DNA of 60,733 nt, counting the filler, from Nemertoderma westbladi (Eukaryota > Animalia > Xenacoelomorpha), in NCBI GenBank assembly GCA_032718475.1. It is 3 parts of 3 records of this genome, joined end to end, with 100 filler letters (N's around TTAATTAATTAA, not from the genome) between each part and the next. Parts side by side here need not be neighbours in the genome. Positions count along the whole stretch, not along the records: positions 1 to 19,250 come from JAUCBJ010003266.1; positions 19,351 to 46,528 come from JAUCBJ010007478.1; 1 more part is not named here. One strand, 5' to 3'. This document shows positions 12,706-25,951 of the stretch, piece after piece (the stretch's first letter is position 1; every line of letters starts with the position of its first letter). Made by a program: the position numbers and the translations under genes. The notes under the pieces are model-generated. The model was not told the DNA's origin. It did not search any database and saw nothing but the letters and a program-made list of their open reading frames with translations.

Positions 12706-14599
12706 GTTAGTTTCCTCATCAGTTAATTGTTATTAACTTTATCAAAATCTAACGTACCTAAACAAAACACATATATATAGTACTTAAAAAATAATTATAA
12801 TCTGAAGGTGCTAAAATCATAAAGAGAAAGGATATTTAAAATGGTAACAGTTCTATTCGCTATAACTTGCCGGACATTTCCCATCGGTTCGCCAGTCTGA
12901 GCTCCTTGATCAAGACTTTCCAACTCATTACATCCCCAGACGTTATCCTTCAACTTATTCCCTTCATCTCGACGACTTTGTTCTCAGCGAGACCTACTCC
13001 ACTTCCCCTCCTTTTTACCTTCCGTATCTTTCCTACTGGTTGATCCACTCACTTAATCCTTATTTCCATCAACGCCAAAGGCCCAACTCGGCAACGCGTA
13101 TTCAACCAAACATTCCATTTCCCACCACCATCACCATTAAGGCATCCAATCCCTAAATTAGTCGTGAAAATAAAGTAAAATAAGTGGGAATAATGTACTT
13201 TATATGCCCCTTCTCTATGGAAGGAGTTAAAATAATTTTATATTTAAAATGTAATATTATTCTCCATCGTGGAGGAGATGAATAACCTCTAGCTATCCAA
13301 ATTATTTAGCAAAATTTTAAAACATAGAATTAATAATAGTTTAATAAACAAATTGTAATGTACAACTCACGTTATGTAATAATTAATCAAACCAGGCACT
13401 CAGGCTTACTTTGAAAATGTTATTTAAATTTAAATATGATTTTATTTATAGAAGGGGCTATAAAGCTTTTTTTAATTACTTATTTTACAGAAAGTAATTA
13501 TTGTTAAAAATTAAACTTGAATTAATAATTTGAAAGGACCACGTCATGTTCACAAGTGTATTTATAGTTTTAGTTGGAATTTCAACTATATTGTGTTGAT
13601 TGATTTAGAATAGATCACGAAAAAGTGGCCCAAACAATTCTAAAGAATTTAACTGGTCCAGAAATGATAAACCTTGTGGGGCTAGCCATGCATTCAGGGG
13701 ATCCTTAGCGCACAATTATAATTAGTCTGCCTGTCCGTTTGTAATGAAAAATTCATTCGTAAATAACTTTTAAAGATTTTAAACATTTTCAACCAAATTT
13801 TGTATGGGCTTACTAGAGAAAACGTTCCGTGCAAATACCTCTCGAACTTTTGACTTCAGATCAAATCTAACTTGTTTCAAACTTGCTCAAGTTCGCGTGC
13901 TGCGCGACGCCCCACGAACGTGTTTTTGTTGATTTTAGTTCGAGTTGTCTGTGCTACTGTGCCAACTGATGGGCATGGCATGATGAGAGAACCAATCAAT
14001 TAATTGTGGTTACTGACTATAATACTATTTTACTAGTTGCTTTGGGAATAACCTCTTTCTTTTACTAATTCACTATATTAACTATTTAAATACAGCATTT
14101 TTGTTAAAAAGAGTGAATTTGATATTATTTCTTTGTATAACTATTGGATTACCAAAGTAATAGATACAGAGATAAATGAAAATATAAACAAATTGAAAAA
14201 TAATTTCTATGTATTAACTGTATTTAACGGTCAACTGTATTAACCCCCCCCCCCCCCCCCCCCCTGAAAAATAATGGTTTGCGATAAAATGTCTCCGTTA
14301 CAGTTACGGTCAGGTTGCGTGTCATTGTTATGGATTATTAAGTCTTATTTTATGGTTAGAGTTACTGTTTGCTCTATTTCGAAAAAATACACAAAAAAAT
14401 CAAAAATTTCTCTCGCTCCGCTCGCGATGTTTTTACTAACTTCGCTCGCCTGCAGCCCTGCTCCCGATTATTTATTATCTCCCGGTTTGGAAATAATGTA
14501 TTATGGTCACCTTAGTACTTAAAGTGCCAAAACTTTATAACCCTAAATGTAGTTATAATTATTTTATTCAATAAATTACGTTTAGTTTACAATCGAGTG

Positions 14600-15490
14600 C
14601 TTGAATATATATAAATGTACGACCTTTATTAGAATATTGCACCTCTGTTTGGTCGCCCTATCATGTTGGAGCAATTGATCCCCTTGAGCGGGTACAAAGA
14701 TATTTTACGCGCCGACTTTTTCGACGGTGCAAATTGGAACCTGTAGGATATTTAGATATGATTAGGATATTAAAACTACAACCTCTCGAAGTGCGCCGTG
14801 TTATTTTTGACTTAAAAATGGCACATTCTATAGTTTACAGTAATATCGACTTAAATTTGAACGATTTCTTCACTAATTGCGCCGAGAGCGGGACTTAGAG
14901 GTCACGAGCTTAAACTCTATCATAAACAGTCGAGGCTTCTAATGTGCAAGAATAATTTTGCCCACAGAGTATTTCCAATTTGGAACTGGCTCCCATCGGA
15001 AACTGTCAATACTGAAAGTAAATTTTTATTTTCCCAAAAGCTTAAAGACCTTGACCTGCTCTCTTTTTGTAAATTTAATAGAAATTTGTAAACATGCGCA
15101 TATATTTTTTTTTTTTTGAGTTAATATTTTATCTATTTTCTATATATATTTTATTGCATGCATATGATATGGTACATTAGTAATAATTCACCTAATTTGT
15201 AAAATATTTTTTATTCCAAAATCCCAACATTAATTACTCATAAGTATATAGTTATTATTGTGAATCATAACAATCAATTTTTATTGTGAATATTTTATTG
15301 CACATTCGTAGACTATGACATTGTTGAGTTAATTTTATTTTGTAGAATATATTTCTGTATTTTTGTGTAATTTTAGAGCCCTCTCGGGCAACCATAAGTG
15401 TTTCATTTTAATAACCTGGTTGTTTTCTCTCCTCATGTACTTTTAATTTAATTTTTAATAATGTTTTTAATAGTAATAATAATAATAAAT
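14600..15490 (+). mobile_element. CR1-group LINE 3' fragment
   Basis: Translates to VRPLLEYCTSVWSPYH..LERVQRYFTRRL, LEVRRVIFDL and RGHELKL, typical of the CR1 RT C-terminus; (AAT)n tail near 15474-15488. Confidence 0.75.
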
Positions 15491-15612
15491 ACGACAAGAT
15501 TGTACGTAATTTCTGCAGAAACAACGGGAATTACTTTTCCATGAAATGAAATCGTCTAATTTATTTAGAGATAATCTCTCTTTACCGTTATAATAATTAT
15601 TTATATTTACAG

Positions 15613-17853
15613 AACAAAGTGTTAGCCTCGTCGGAGGTTCTAACTAGCGACGACGGTACCGATGAATCCGGGGACTCTGACATCGACCAGTTGAGTAGGA
15701 ATGTCGAGAACATCCTCGACGGCGGGAAAACATCGTCCCAGTTGGCGAACGACTTGGAAGAACGCGAGCGACGCGAGTTGCAGAGGATGTTGCGGGAATC
15801 ACCTAAAGCGTCGAAGGAGAAGATCAACTCAATCGGAGACGTGCGGGAGGACGACGTATCCTCGGTCCGGAGTGCCGGGTCGTACGGCGGGCGGAAACTA
15901 AAGATCTACCGGACGTACCAGATGGACGGCCGCGAGTACGTCCGCATAGAGACCGTGCGGAAGTCCGAGGTCATCGACACCTACCTCCGCGTCCGAGAGA
16001 ACAAGGACATCAACTTCATACGTCACTTCGCCGCCTACGAGGATAAACAGAAGGATGACTTTAAGAGGGAGAAAAGGCGACTTCAGGATCAGTTGAGGCG
16101 GATTAAAAAGCACGAGTTGAAGGAAGGAAGGCCCCGGGAAGTCAGGGAAGTTCCTAAGGAAGTCCCAGTGGTTGCCAGAGTGATTATCGATCTCAATAAG
16201 GCAAAGAAGGACAGTAAGATGACTAAGTGTGGTGCGTGCGGCGAGGTGGGACACATGCGGACTAACCGGGAGTGTAAGTTATACGATGAGAGACGAAGGA
16301 GGTTGGAGCCGATAGCCGTGGCGATGACTGAGGAGCAAGAGGAGCAGGAGGAACAGGAGATACTGAAACTAGAGAGCACAGTGGAGATGGAAAAGGAGCA
16401 GAGTTTAGTGAAAGTCGAGGGAACTAAGATAACCCTGGATAAGAGCATTATGGAGCACGCCGAGATGGTGAAGCACAAGTCTCTAACGTTGAGGATACCC
16501 CGGGAGGCATGGATGATGAAGAAGCGCAAGAGACAGAGTGTCTCCCGCGAGGAATATTGCGACTATCTGAAACGTCCGCAGAAGTTAAACCAACGTAAAC
16601 GCGCCGATCCACTGGTGTCATTGGCCTCGGTGTTCGAGGAAATTCTTCGAGAACTTCGCGAGTCCGCCAATACGGCGCCATTCGCTACTCCCGTCAACCC
16701 GAAAGCCGTTCGCGATTACTACTCCATCATCGAGAAACCGATGGATCTCCAAACCATCAGGGTTAAAATCCAACGCAAAGCCTACCGCAGTCGCGAAGAC
16801 TTCCTGGCGGACTTTAAGCAGATTAGAGTTAACAGCGTCATCTACAACGGGGAAAAAAGCCCCTTAACCATGGTCGCTGAGTCAATGATTAATCATTGTG
16901 AGGAGAGATTGAGCGAAAAGGATGATAAATGTAGTCGGTTAGAGAAACTCATCAATCCGCTTCTCGACGATAATCCTCAAACTGTGTTTTCTTATATTCT
17001 AGAACTAACTGTACTCAACATGAAGGCAGTTCCTTTTAGTTCGCCTTTCCATAAGCCTGTTAGCGAGAAACTTGTTCCTGATTATCATAAGGTAATCGAC
17101 CACCCAATGGACTTAGAGACAATCTATCACAGCGTCAAGAAGCATCAGTACAAGTCGCAAGAGCGATTCTTAGAGGATATCCACTATATCGTGGACAACA
17201 GCTGTCGGTACAACGGGTCTGAGAGTCGGTTTACCGCTACCTCGCGGCAGATGCTAGAAGTGGCTCGCGAGACGCTGGAGGGATTCGCGGAACGAATCGC
17301 GAGTTGCGTGGAGGGGATGGAGCGAGCCGCGGAGCGGAAGAGACTCCGGGCCGCCGGGGACGAGGCGACGGAGACGCCGCCCGAGGACGACGAGTTCAAC
17401 CTCCTGGACGACCTGGAGATGAGCGACGGCGAGGAGGACGTGTTCGGGGACGAGAGTTTATCCGAGTCGTACGAGTCCGGAGGCGGCTCGGATGCGGACC
17501 CCGGTGGGAATAAACCCCGCGTCTCCGAGAGTCCAGATGAGTCGAGTTTAAACAGAAGTCGCGATGACGACGGTCTAGACTTCCTGAGTCCTCATTATTC
17601 CTCGTCTCGGACTTCGGCTGTTTTGGGTAAACTAGTGACGCAATCTCGCGATCGTCTCTCCAGTGGTTCCGACGATTCTCTTGATATTCCTTTATTGCGG
17701 GACGATGGCCCTGCCCCGTATTCGGAGCAGGAAGGCCACGTTGTCGACTACACTGAGGCGTTCTCCCACATAAACGATGAAGACTCCGTCAATCACGAGG
17801 AATTTGATCCAGATAAAATGGCTGAGAACCTTATGGGAAGTTTGACTGACTGA
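15613..17853 (+). CDS. TAF1: TAF1 terminal exon: zinc knuckle, double bromodomain, acidic tail
   Basis: Acceptor ttacag|AAC (NKVLASSEVL); KCGACGEVGHMRTNREC knuckle; two bromodomains (PFATPVN..DYY..PMDL and PFHKPV..DYH..PMDL); stop at 17851-17853. The six exons total 4560 nt in frame. Confidence 0.97.
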   Translation, partial: NKVLASSEVLTSDDGTDESGDSDIDQLSRNVENILDGGKTSSQLANDLEERERRELQRMLRESPKASKEKINSIGDVREDDVSSVRSAGSYGGRKLKIYRTYQMDGREYVRIETVRKSEVIDTYLRVRENKDINFIRHFAAYEDKQKDDFKREKRRLQDQLRRIKKHELKEGRPREVREVPKEVPVVARVIIDLNKAKKDSKMTKCGACGEVGHMRTNRECKLYDERRRRLEPIAVAMTEEQEEQEEQEILKLESTVEMEKEQSLVKVEGTKITLDKSIMEHAEMVKHKSLTLRIPREAWMMKKRKRQSVSREEYCDYLKRPQKLNQRKRADPLVSLASVFEEILRELRESANTAPFATPVNPKAVRDYYSIIEKPMDLQTIRVKIQRKAYRSREDFLADFKQIRVNSVIYNGEKSPLTMVAESMINHCEERLSEKDDKCSRLEKLINPLLDDNPQTVFSYILELTVLNMKAVPFSSPFHKPVSEKLVPDYHKVIDHPMDLETIYHSVKKHQYKSQERFLEDIHYIVDNSCRYNGSESRFTATSRQMLEVARETLEGFAERIASCVEGMERAAERKRLRAAGDEATETPPEDDEFNLLDDLEMSDGEEDVFGDESLSESYESGGGSDADPGGNKPRVSESPDESSLNRSRDDDGLDFLSPHYSSSRTSAVLGKLVTQSRDRLSSGSDDSLDIPLLRDDGPAPYSEQEGHVVDYTEAFSHINDEDSVNHEEFDPDKMAENLMGSLTD

Positions 17854-18799
17854 TTAATATTGTCTGTCACGTGTTTAGCAATATTTTTGTATTATTTTTA
17901 GTATTAAATAATGGCTCACTAGGAATATAATATAATTATTTGTTTCATAATATTTTTTCAAATTTATTAGTGTAATTATTGTGTAATATTTATGGGGATT
18001 ACCAAATTCACATGACATTTTCCCTTTTCTCCAACTTTTCTCCAAGTCTCCGTTTAATCCAATGTTTCCCTATGTTTAATTGAGTAGCGGAATAGCACAT
18101 TGTATGCATATTGCATATGTCTAATAACAGTAGAACAGCATAACAGTAGTATACTATATAATAACATCTAGCATCTCCCACTCCCACAAAAGTCTGGCAG
18201 TAAGAAAGGTATGATGAAGTAAGGTTAGCAATTGTTAAAAAATATGTGATGAAAATTAAGGGAGTTATTCTGTACTCCGGTTGACATAGGGACAGGGTTT
18301 CAATTCTGTTCCACGGAAACCCCTGTTTCTCCTCCACTGTAATATATGAAAACTATATTTTATCTTCTTATCGATCTTGGGGGGGGGTACACCATTTTCG
18401 GACAACCCTTCGATTTATCACTCTCAGCGTTTCAAAATTGTTTGGTTTTGGCTACAATTTGGAATAAAGGTACCTAAGATGCTATTCTACATGACAGTCT
18501 TTAATATTAGTTAACAATAAAAAATACTTGGTTGCACTTAAAACCCTAAGGCTTTTACAGGTTTTAATCTAATGACATGAAAGATGGGGCAACATAACTT
18601 ATCAGGCGAAATTTCGTGAAAATAATTCTACACCGCTAGGTGGCGTATCAAATTTATGCTAATTGTTTAGGTTTGTTATAAATGGTATTAAATTTATTAA
18701 CAAAAAATTTAGATAAGATGTCTGATACTTTTATGCAGGGTGGCTATGTAGACACCCACAGAAAGTTTCAGTCTAATTGCTCAATAATTATAGAAAAAA

Positions 18800-19045
18800 A
18801 AAGCCGCTAGGCCAGGGATTACGCACAAAGTCTGACGACTTATTTCCAGTGCGGTCCCCCCAGAACTTTACTCCCAAGAGGAAACTCCAGTACTCATTTT
18901 GCTACCACTTACGGATGCAAGGCAGAGATGCGCCCTGGCTGGTCCCTTTAAAAGCATTCGTACCGAAACGAAAACTGCCCTGGCCCATGTGAGGATCGAA
19001 CCCACGACCTACGGGAGATGTGAATTCAATGCAACCACTACACCG
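18800..19045 (-). mobile_element. tRNA-derived SINE (family A)
   Basis: The minus strand begins GGTGTAGTGGTT (A box) ... GGTTCGATCC (B box); the body matches the copy at 43541-43808. Confidence 0.8.
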
Positions 19046-19250
19046 AGGTGGAACCTAATTGTAGAAGTAGTAGGGTTTTGAAGTTGACAATTTCATAAAA
19101 AAAATATGTGGAGAGAATCGAACTTTCATTATAGATAGTTTTAGTAATTTCGATAGGAATCCCTAAATGGAAATTGTTATAACTTGAAAACTAAAAGAGC
19201 TATTAAATAGCGGTTTTCAGATTTGGACACACCATTTAAACATGTAGTAC

Positions 19251-19350
19251 NNNNNNNNNNNNNNNNNNNNNNNNNNNNNNNNNNNNNNNNNNNNTTAATT
19301 AATTAANNNNNNNNNNNNNNNNNNNNNNNNNNNNNNNNNNNNNNNNNNNN
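19251..19350. other. Artificial contig spacer (N-TTAATTAATTAA-N)
   Basis: N run with a six-frame-stop linker, 100 nt in total. Confidence 0.95.
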
Positions 19351-21736
19351 AGACGGGTTTTTCACTTACCTTGTTTTCCGGTGTTTTCTCCCTAGACTGT
19401 TTCAGGAGCTGTAATTTCACTTCTCCATCTAGGAATGACATGAGATCAGCCATGGTAGGGTCTCGCCGTTGTTGTTCCATCATATATAACACTTTCTTAT
19501 CCCAGCGTGTACCTACTCCACCTTTAGGTAAAGTAGAAGCCACTGCTCTAATAACCATAGTGTTCTGATACTCATGAGACTTACCTAGCCAGTCTAATTG
19601 TCTGCAGATCTCCTGGATCTCATCGGAAAACTCGATAATTCCGCTACTAATAAACTTTCGGGGCGCTACTAACTTGGCATACAAGTACCCAGCGATATTA
19701 TTCCTATTACCATACCTGATGTTTAGTGTATCCCAAACTTGTCTTAATCCGTCTGGATGTCCAATAAACTTTAACGCCATTAACTTGGGAGATCCTTCCA
19801 AGCACTCGATGAGGTATCTAAGTTTTTCTCCATTAGATAGTACAGAGTTCTGTATGTTATCTTTGTAATATTCATTAAAAGGTAACCATTTCATCTCATC
19901 TCCATTGAACTTGACGATCTCTCCAACCTTTACCGCTTGCCGGGCTTCGGTTCTAGCCATTTGACGCGTAAAACTTTCTTGGGCCATCGTGCTATTTAAT
20001 ATCGAGTTATCGGTATATAAATTTCTCGGATTATGAGCAGTTCTATAGGGAATATCATTATCAACAGGTCTATAATTACCCTTAATAGGGTTCACTATAG
20101 GAGTTTCTACTTCGCTAGCAGTATAGATGCGTGTAGGCTCCACACCTTGCGCATGCGATACTTCAGACCTAACAGGTTGACACATTGTTACAGAGGGTGG
20201 TGGTATACCCTTTTGGGTGTTTACTAATTTATCGCGTTCAAGCGCGATACTTTGCTGCACTTCTTGCAACTCTAACCTACTTTCCCTTACTGTGCCCTTG
20301 AATTGTTGGACAGTCTCCTGCATCTGCCCGAGCAGGATATCCATCCCCCGCCGTCTCTCGTCCACCCAATCAACCGCCGAAACGGGATCCGCCAACGTCG
20401 TAGCGGGCAGACGAGGGACAACGGGCGACATGTTTGGAATATTTCGCTCGGGGTCCAGGACTTGAACTGTCTCCTGGGCAGTTCTACGGGGCACAGGTAG
20501 CTTAGTGCTATGCAGAGGGAATTTATAGGTAGCTTCAGGGAGCTCAGGCGTATCTATTACCGAAGGGGTGATTTCAAGAACAGGCCTACTTATTTCAGGC
20601 TCATCTACTATAGTAGGGAGTCTTTCTATTTTAATTATTTGGTCTGTGGGCTCTGTACTACCTAAGTTGGTGTTATTTAGCTGCCTTCTAACAGCTGGAG
20701 GCAAATCAGGCAATTTCTGACGGTGGAATGTTCTTTTACGTCTACTTAGACGAGATCTATTTCCCTTGCCTTCAATATCGGTGGTATCGCCTTCCTCAGA
20801 TGATGTATATCCCTGTCTTTTGGGAGTAGATCGATTCATCATCTGCATATTACTAGCTGCTAACTGTTTATTTATGCAGTCTTGATTCTCCTGAATGTTT
20901 TCCAATTCTAATTGGGTGATTTCGTCAGCCGCTTTCCTTTCTGCTTCTGCCACTTTTGTCTCTGCCGCTGCCTCTGCCGCTGCCTCTGCCGCTGCCTCTG
21001 CCGCTTTTGCCTTGGCCGCTGCCGCCTTTCTTTCTGCTTCTGCAACTACTACTGCTGCTTTCTTTCTGTCTTCTATACGTTTTTTCTTTACTTGTTCTTC
21101 TTGGTCTCTAGCGATGCGGAGTTGTTCATCGAATTTAGCTTGGTTCGCCGCTAACATTTCCGCATCGATTGCGTCCAGCACAAGCTTGGTTCCTTCACTA
21201 TTAGGGCTAAGCCCCTCCAGCCTTCTCCTCAACTCTTCATCTCCTACAAAGCGTTGATAGTCTGACAGATAGATGTCAATAGCATCCCTCTTATGCGGTT
21301 TCTCTGCTGTCACTTCGCTTTCTTCTTGAGAAGAAGTGGCGTCGGTTGATTCTCCATAGGTTGGCCGCTCATCATAAACATTATCCACCATCTTCGCTCC
21401 GCGTTCGGGCGTCCGATCATCAGTATCCGAACTACTGGAGCTATCGGGCCGCTGAATACTAAGTTCTTGGCTCGCGGGTTGTTGCTGTTCCGCTGCTTCT
21501 TGGTCCCGCTTGACCTGAGCTCGAGTGCCTATGATAGACCTACGATGTTGGACCAGTCTAGGGTCTGAGATTACTACAGTAGGGATGGCCTTTCTTACAG
21601 CAGGAGGTGACTTAGACTTGGATCTAGGATGTTCTATACTTGGATCTGGGTCACTGATCTTTTTAAGACACTTTCTGACAGTCATTCTAACACTATCTAG
21701 GAGACTATCCGACAGTGATTGGGTTGTGTCAGACAT
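19351..21736 (-). CDS. Bel/Pao LTR retrotransposon Gag (DUF1759-like), cut by the contig end
   Basis: KFNGDEMKWLPF..Y..I..LSNGEKLRYLIECLEG.P...VWDTLNIRYGN and PTMADLMSFL are Bel/Pao gag motifs; long low-complexity/coiled-coil N-terminus. Confidence 0.85.
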
Positions 21737-23049
21737 GTTTGATTGTACAGTTGGATGCCTACTGCTATATTACAGTCTAAGCAAGTCTAGTAATTCAGTA
21801 TTAACTGCTAGCCTAGTAATTAATTACTGATACTGCTACTCAGTGTAGCGTGATATATATATAATATATTAAAATACCGGTATGCTTATAGTATATATAA
21901 GTATTATTACAGACTAGGTTTATCTCAGAATACCGGTATAATTTTAGCACAAATATATATAAATATATAATAGGCCTATCGGGAATACCGGTATACAGCT
22001 TACAATTTGTAGTATATATAATTCTGGACTAGAATTAATTACAAGTACCGGTATAATTTCAGCCTAAATTTACAGAAATAAAGATAATAGGCCTATCGTA
22101 AATACCGGTATATCAATTATTTTAAATAATTGAATTTCTGAACTTTAGGGTTACTTTGTTACTTTACTTACTTTATTACCGTTATTTAAGCAGTAGTCCA
22201 ACTGATATTGAGACCTAATTGTTATATGGTAGGCCTACTATTTATAAATCGTTAGATTTGATTTATAATATATATATACCCGTTTTAATGGGTTTTGTCA
22301 ATTTTTGAAACAAATGTTATTATTTCTGGGGTAATCACTACACAAAGCGGTACGCTTTCAGTGAAGTGTTACGTACAGGACACTAAAACAAATAATACTA
22401 ATTTACCTGAGTTACTTAATACTACAAATTACGTACAATTCGGGTGAGATTACAATCTCTAAATAAACACAAAAATTTACAAAAACACAAAATACGAATT
22501 TTTAGGGTAATTTTACAAGAAGTCTACAAACCAGCCTAACAAAGGGTTAGATAACCGGTTATTACAACGGACAGGGTACTACGGTATTTGAAATAATAAG
22601 TAGTAGTAAATACACTGCGTTGTCTAGATAGAAAAATACCACCGCCTGACGACCTATAGCCGTATCGCTATAGGTTCTACGTTATGTATCACGGAGTGTT
22701 CCTACCTAGAAGTTAATAGAGCTAATCGAATGTGCCTATCAACCACTTTACAACACAAATATAATGCCTACACTAATTACTTCGGAAAGTACTGTACACT
22801 AAACCCTAAATTAGGTACGAGTACTTGTACAACAGATAATCAGTAGTTAAATATACTTGAACAGCTAAAAGAACCACGGCATCTGCTGGAGTGACCGATG
22901 CACAAAATCACCAGTCTTTACCTACGCCGAGCAGCCCGTGTAGTACCGGGGTTAATTTAACTATAGCGGTATGTATAACAAACACAATTACTGTAGGAAC
23001 AAACTTGGGGAATGAATGTTGCGGATAATCGCATAAACTCTGAATAATA

Positions 23050-23620
23050 AATATTACGCTACGCGTACAAACTACTCAAACAAAATACAGACCGAACACT
23101 GACAGACTACTATCAAGCCTAAACAAACTACGGTATATGCAGACTCCAAAATGATTAGGGAGTATGCGCTCTAACCCAGTAGTGCGACTTATTCTTTAGT
23201 TGGGGGATTACCTTACAGCGTTCGCTGCCCCTACTGCCTAATCATACTTAATCGGACAGATGATCTACACACGCGGCAATCCGTTCAGACCTAATAACAG
23301 CCAGACAACTATCCAGCCTACAAATTATCTAAATAAAATTATACGCTACCCGTACAGACTTACACAAACAAAGTACAGACTAAACGATGGCAGACCACTC
23401 TCAAGCCTAAATAAACCACAGGACATGCAGACTCCGAAATGATTAGGGAGTATGCGCTCTAACCCAGTAGTGCGACTTATTCTTTAGTTGGGGGATTACC
23501 TTACAGCGTTCGCTGCCCCTACTGCCTAATCGTACTTAATCGGACAGGTGATCTACACACACTGCAATTCGTTCGGACTTAACAGCAATCAGACAACAGC
23601 TCAGCCTACAAATCGTCTGT
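23050..23620. repeat. 288 bp tandem duplication in the Bel/Pao leader
   Basis: GATTAGGGAGTATGCGCTC occurs at 23153 and 23441; the core is nearly identical and the flanks are diverged. Confidence 0.9.
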
Positions 23621-25877
23621 ACTATCTGATCAGGCTTACACGCCTTCTGTTCAATACTGGCCTACAAATAAATAAAACTTGACAGAAATAAGTAAACCAT
23701 ATAAAGGTATAAGGGGTGATCAATCCCTAATCCCTTAAACAGCCTACCGGTATGCAATAATCAAATCGAATAATACTAGTGTACTTATACGGCAGTACCG
23801 GTTAGAACAGTTAGGCCTACTGACCTACAGGTGTACCGTTCAGGTTTACCGGTTGACCGGTACTTTCAACTTTATTGCTTACTGCAACAAAGAAGCTATA
23901 ACCTTTAATGTTCGCGCTTTCAGACCTTTGGCAGTTTAACCCGCCAAATTAAGATGTCTTCTAGATATTAAATCGCTTTTTAGCCTATGACAAGTATTTG
24001 ATTCACTACACTAGTCGAAACCAATCCGTGCGCGACCATTCACCCGCTGGATATTCCCGGGAGATTGGGTTCGACGGTTTAATTTTGTTGCTATGTAAGC
24101 CTAATGTATTATTCGACTGACAGTATTATATAATCTCTGACAATATTATTTACCTTCGGGAATATTAACAGTTCCTTTAGGACGTGGCACTTTATCTACA
24201 TAAACAGAGTTATGACTTAAACTACTCACAACGATATGGCTTAATTATAATTCACATATATGGCGCATTCTTTAGGAATGCTTCTTTAACAGACTCACTC
24301 ATACACAATGCTGCACAATACTGCACACTAATCTGCCGATCTTCACTGATTTTAGTCACATATAAAAGGAACACAGACTGACTCATGTAGGGTCTAGCAA
24401 ATAACATTAGATTCACTTCAAACCACTTTAACATAAGTCACAATCGTTTATCTGTAACCTTTCTCTCTTACCTTCGGTATATCAAGAATATTGGGTTTCG
24501 GGGTTATTTCTCGTTATTCCAAATATAATAATTCATCAACCATATTATGAAGAACTGACAGTAAATAGCAGTATAACAATATAAAAGTATGCACAGTATT
24601 ACACAGTATGCAGTGTATGCAGTACTGCAGTATGCAGTGATTACGAAATTGCAGAGTGTTTGTTTCGTCAGTTAAAGGATATATGTCCTTGTAATTAAAC
24701 CTACTAGTGTTGAGCTAAAAAGCATAAAACATAAAACACTAAAAGCCGTTCTTTCGTGGCTTTGAAAAACTCGTGACTACTGCTCTATACGAGTATACCA
24801 ACCACTCTTATTCCACGAAGCTCCCGTTCAACACAGAGAAAGAGCAGTGAGATAGGAAATTTTCAGTTCAGTACTCTGTGATTGGTCAAAAATCAAGGCT
24901 AACTCAAAATTCTATTGGGAGATACAAAAACAAGGCTATGACGCAACCTCCCTAGGCTTGTTGGCCGATTAAACAGAGCCCAGATGCCTGCGTACAGCAA
25001 ATCAGCCAATAAGCTGGTAACTTGCACTATTTTTAGCTGTAGATCACTTTGAGAGTATTCTTAGCGACTGGGGGGGAACTGGCCAACAAGGCAAACGAAT
25101 CAGTTATCCCACAAAAGCTTTTACACAAGCGGTAAATTAGATTTGGCATACACAAAATGAAACATTGAAGAGTATTAGTTCACCATTAATTTTATAATTT
25201 ATTATTGCTGTTTTGAGAACTTTGTAAAGCTCTGCCCAACAAAAGTTATACCATTAATTTTAAGTTACCCCTGTTGCTTTGATAATATTAATCAATCTAG
25301 CTGAGAAATATAAACTAGTTGGGCACGTAAACCACCCCAACGTAATAATATTGATGAATTCTATCAAGAAATAGATATCGATCAATTCTTCATTGTTCTA
25401 TGGGAAACTGCGCATATAATAATCCCTTCAACCCAATTGTCACCAGCGACAGTGGCTTCAAGGCTTTAGGAATTTAAATACCTACGTTGTCAGTCCCTTA
25501 TAAAGTTGCTTCCACACACTTGAGTTTCGATATATTGGATTCAATGGAATACAAATGAATTCATGATTTATATATTTTTTTAACTTTTAAATACTATTGA
25601 AATATTATCAAATATAATTATATAAACTCATTCTCTGAATTTCTGAGTTTCTACTGAATTGTATATACATACTGTATTTTATTCGTAGAATTAACATTCA
25701 ATTGAATTCGTATATTTTTGTCATTGTACAGTATAAATAAAAATGCTAACGTAGACAGAAAGAAGAGATTCCAAACCACGATGGTTGGGCCCTGTAGGTT
25801 GACTTACAGTAGGCCCCCCCAACATTATTTTCAACTTAGAAAGCCAACAAAGTCAAGAGAGCCAACATAATTAACCG

Positions 25878-25951
25878 ATGGCATCTTACAGAAGAAAGAG
25901 TTGCGCGAAAAGCGTGTTCTCATTTACTTGGGAAGTTAATGCGAGACTCCA
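25878..25951 (+). CDS. Putative first exon of the EF-hand/WD40 gene
   Basis: ATG...CA|gtaagt; phase 2 fits the next exon (MASYRRK...NARLQ-RLQEIF). No homology support. Confidence 0.4.

Larger units (their letters stand above)
19351..25088 (-). mobile_element. Bel/Pao element 5' part; putative 5' LTR 24548-25088 and a long leader
   Basis: The minus strand reads TGTTGGCC (from 25088) ... GTTCTTCA (to 24548), followed closely by TGG. No second LTR is available to confirm the boundaries. Confidence 0.5.

Noticed and set aside
19251-19350. TTAATTAATTAA within N runs (also 46529-46628) as a biological motif, and gene linkage across them
   Set aside because: Artificial six-frame-stop spacer; adjacency of the three contigs carries no synteny information.
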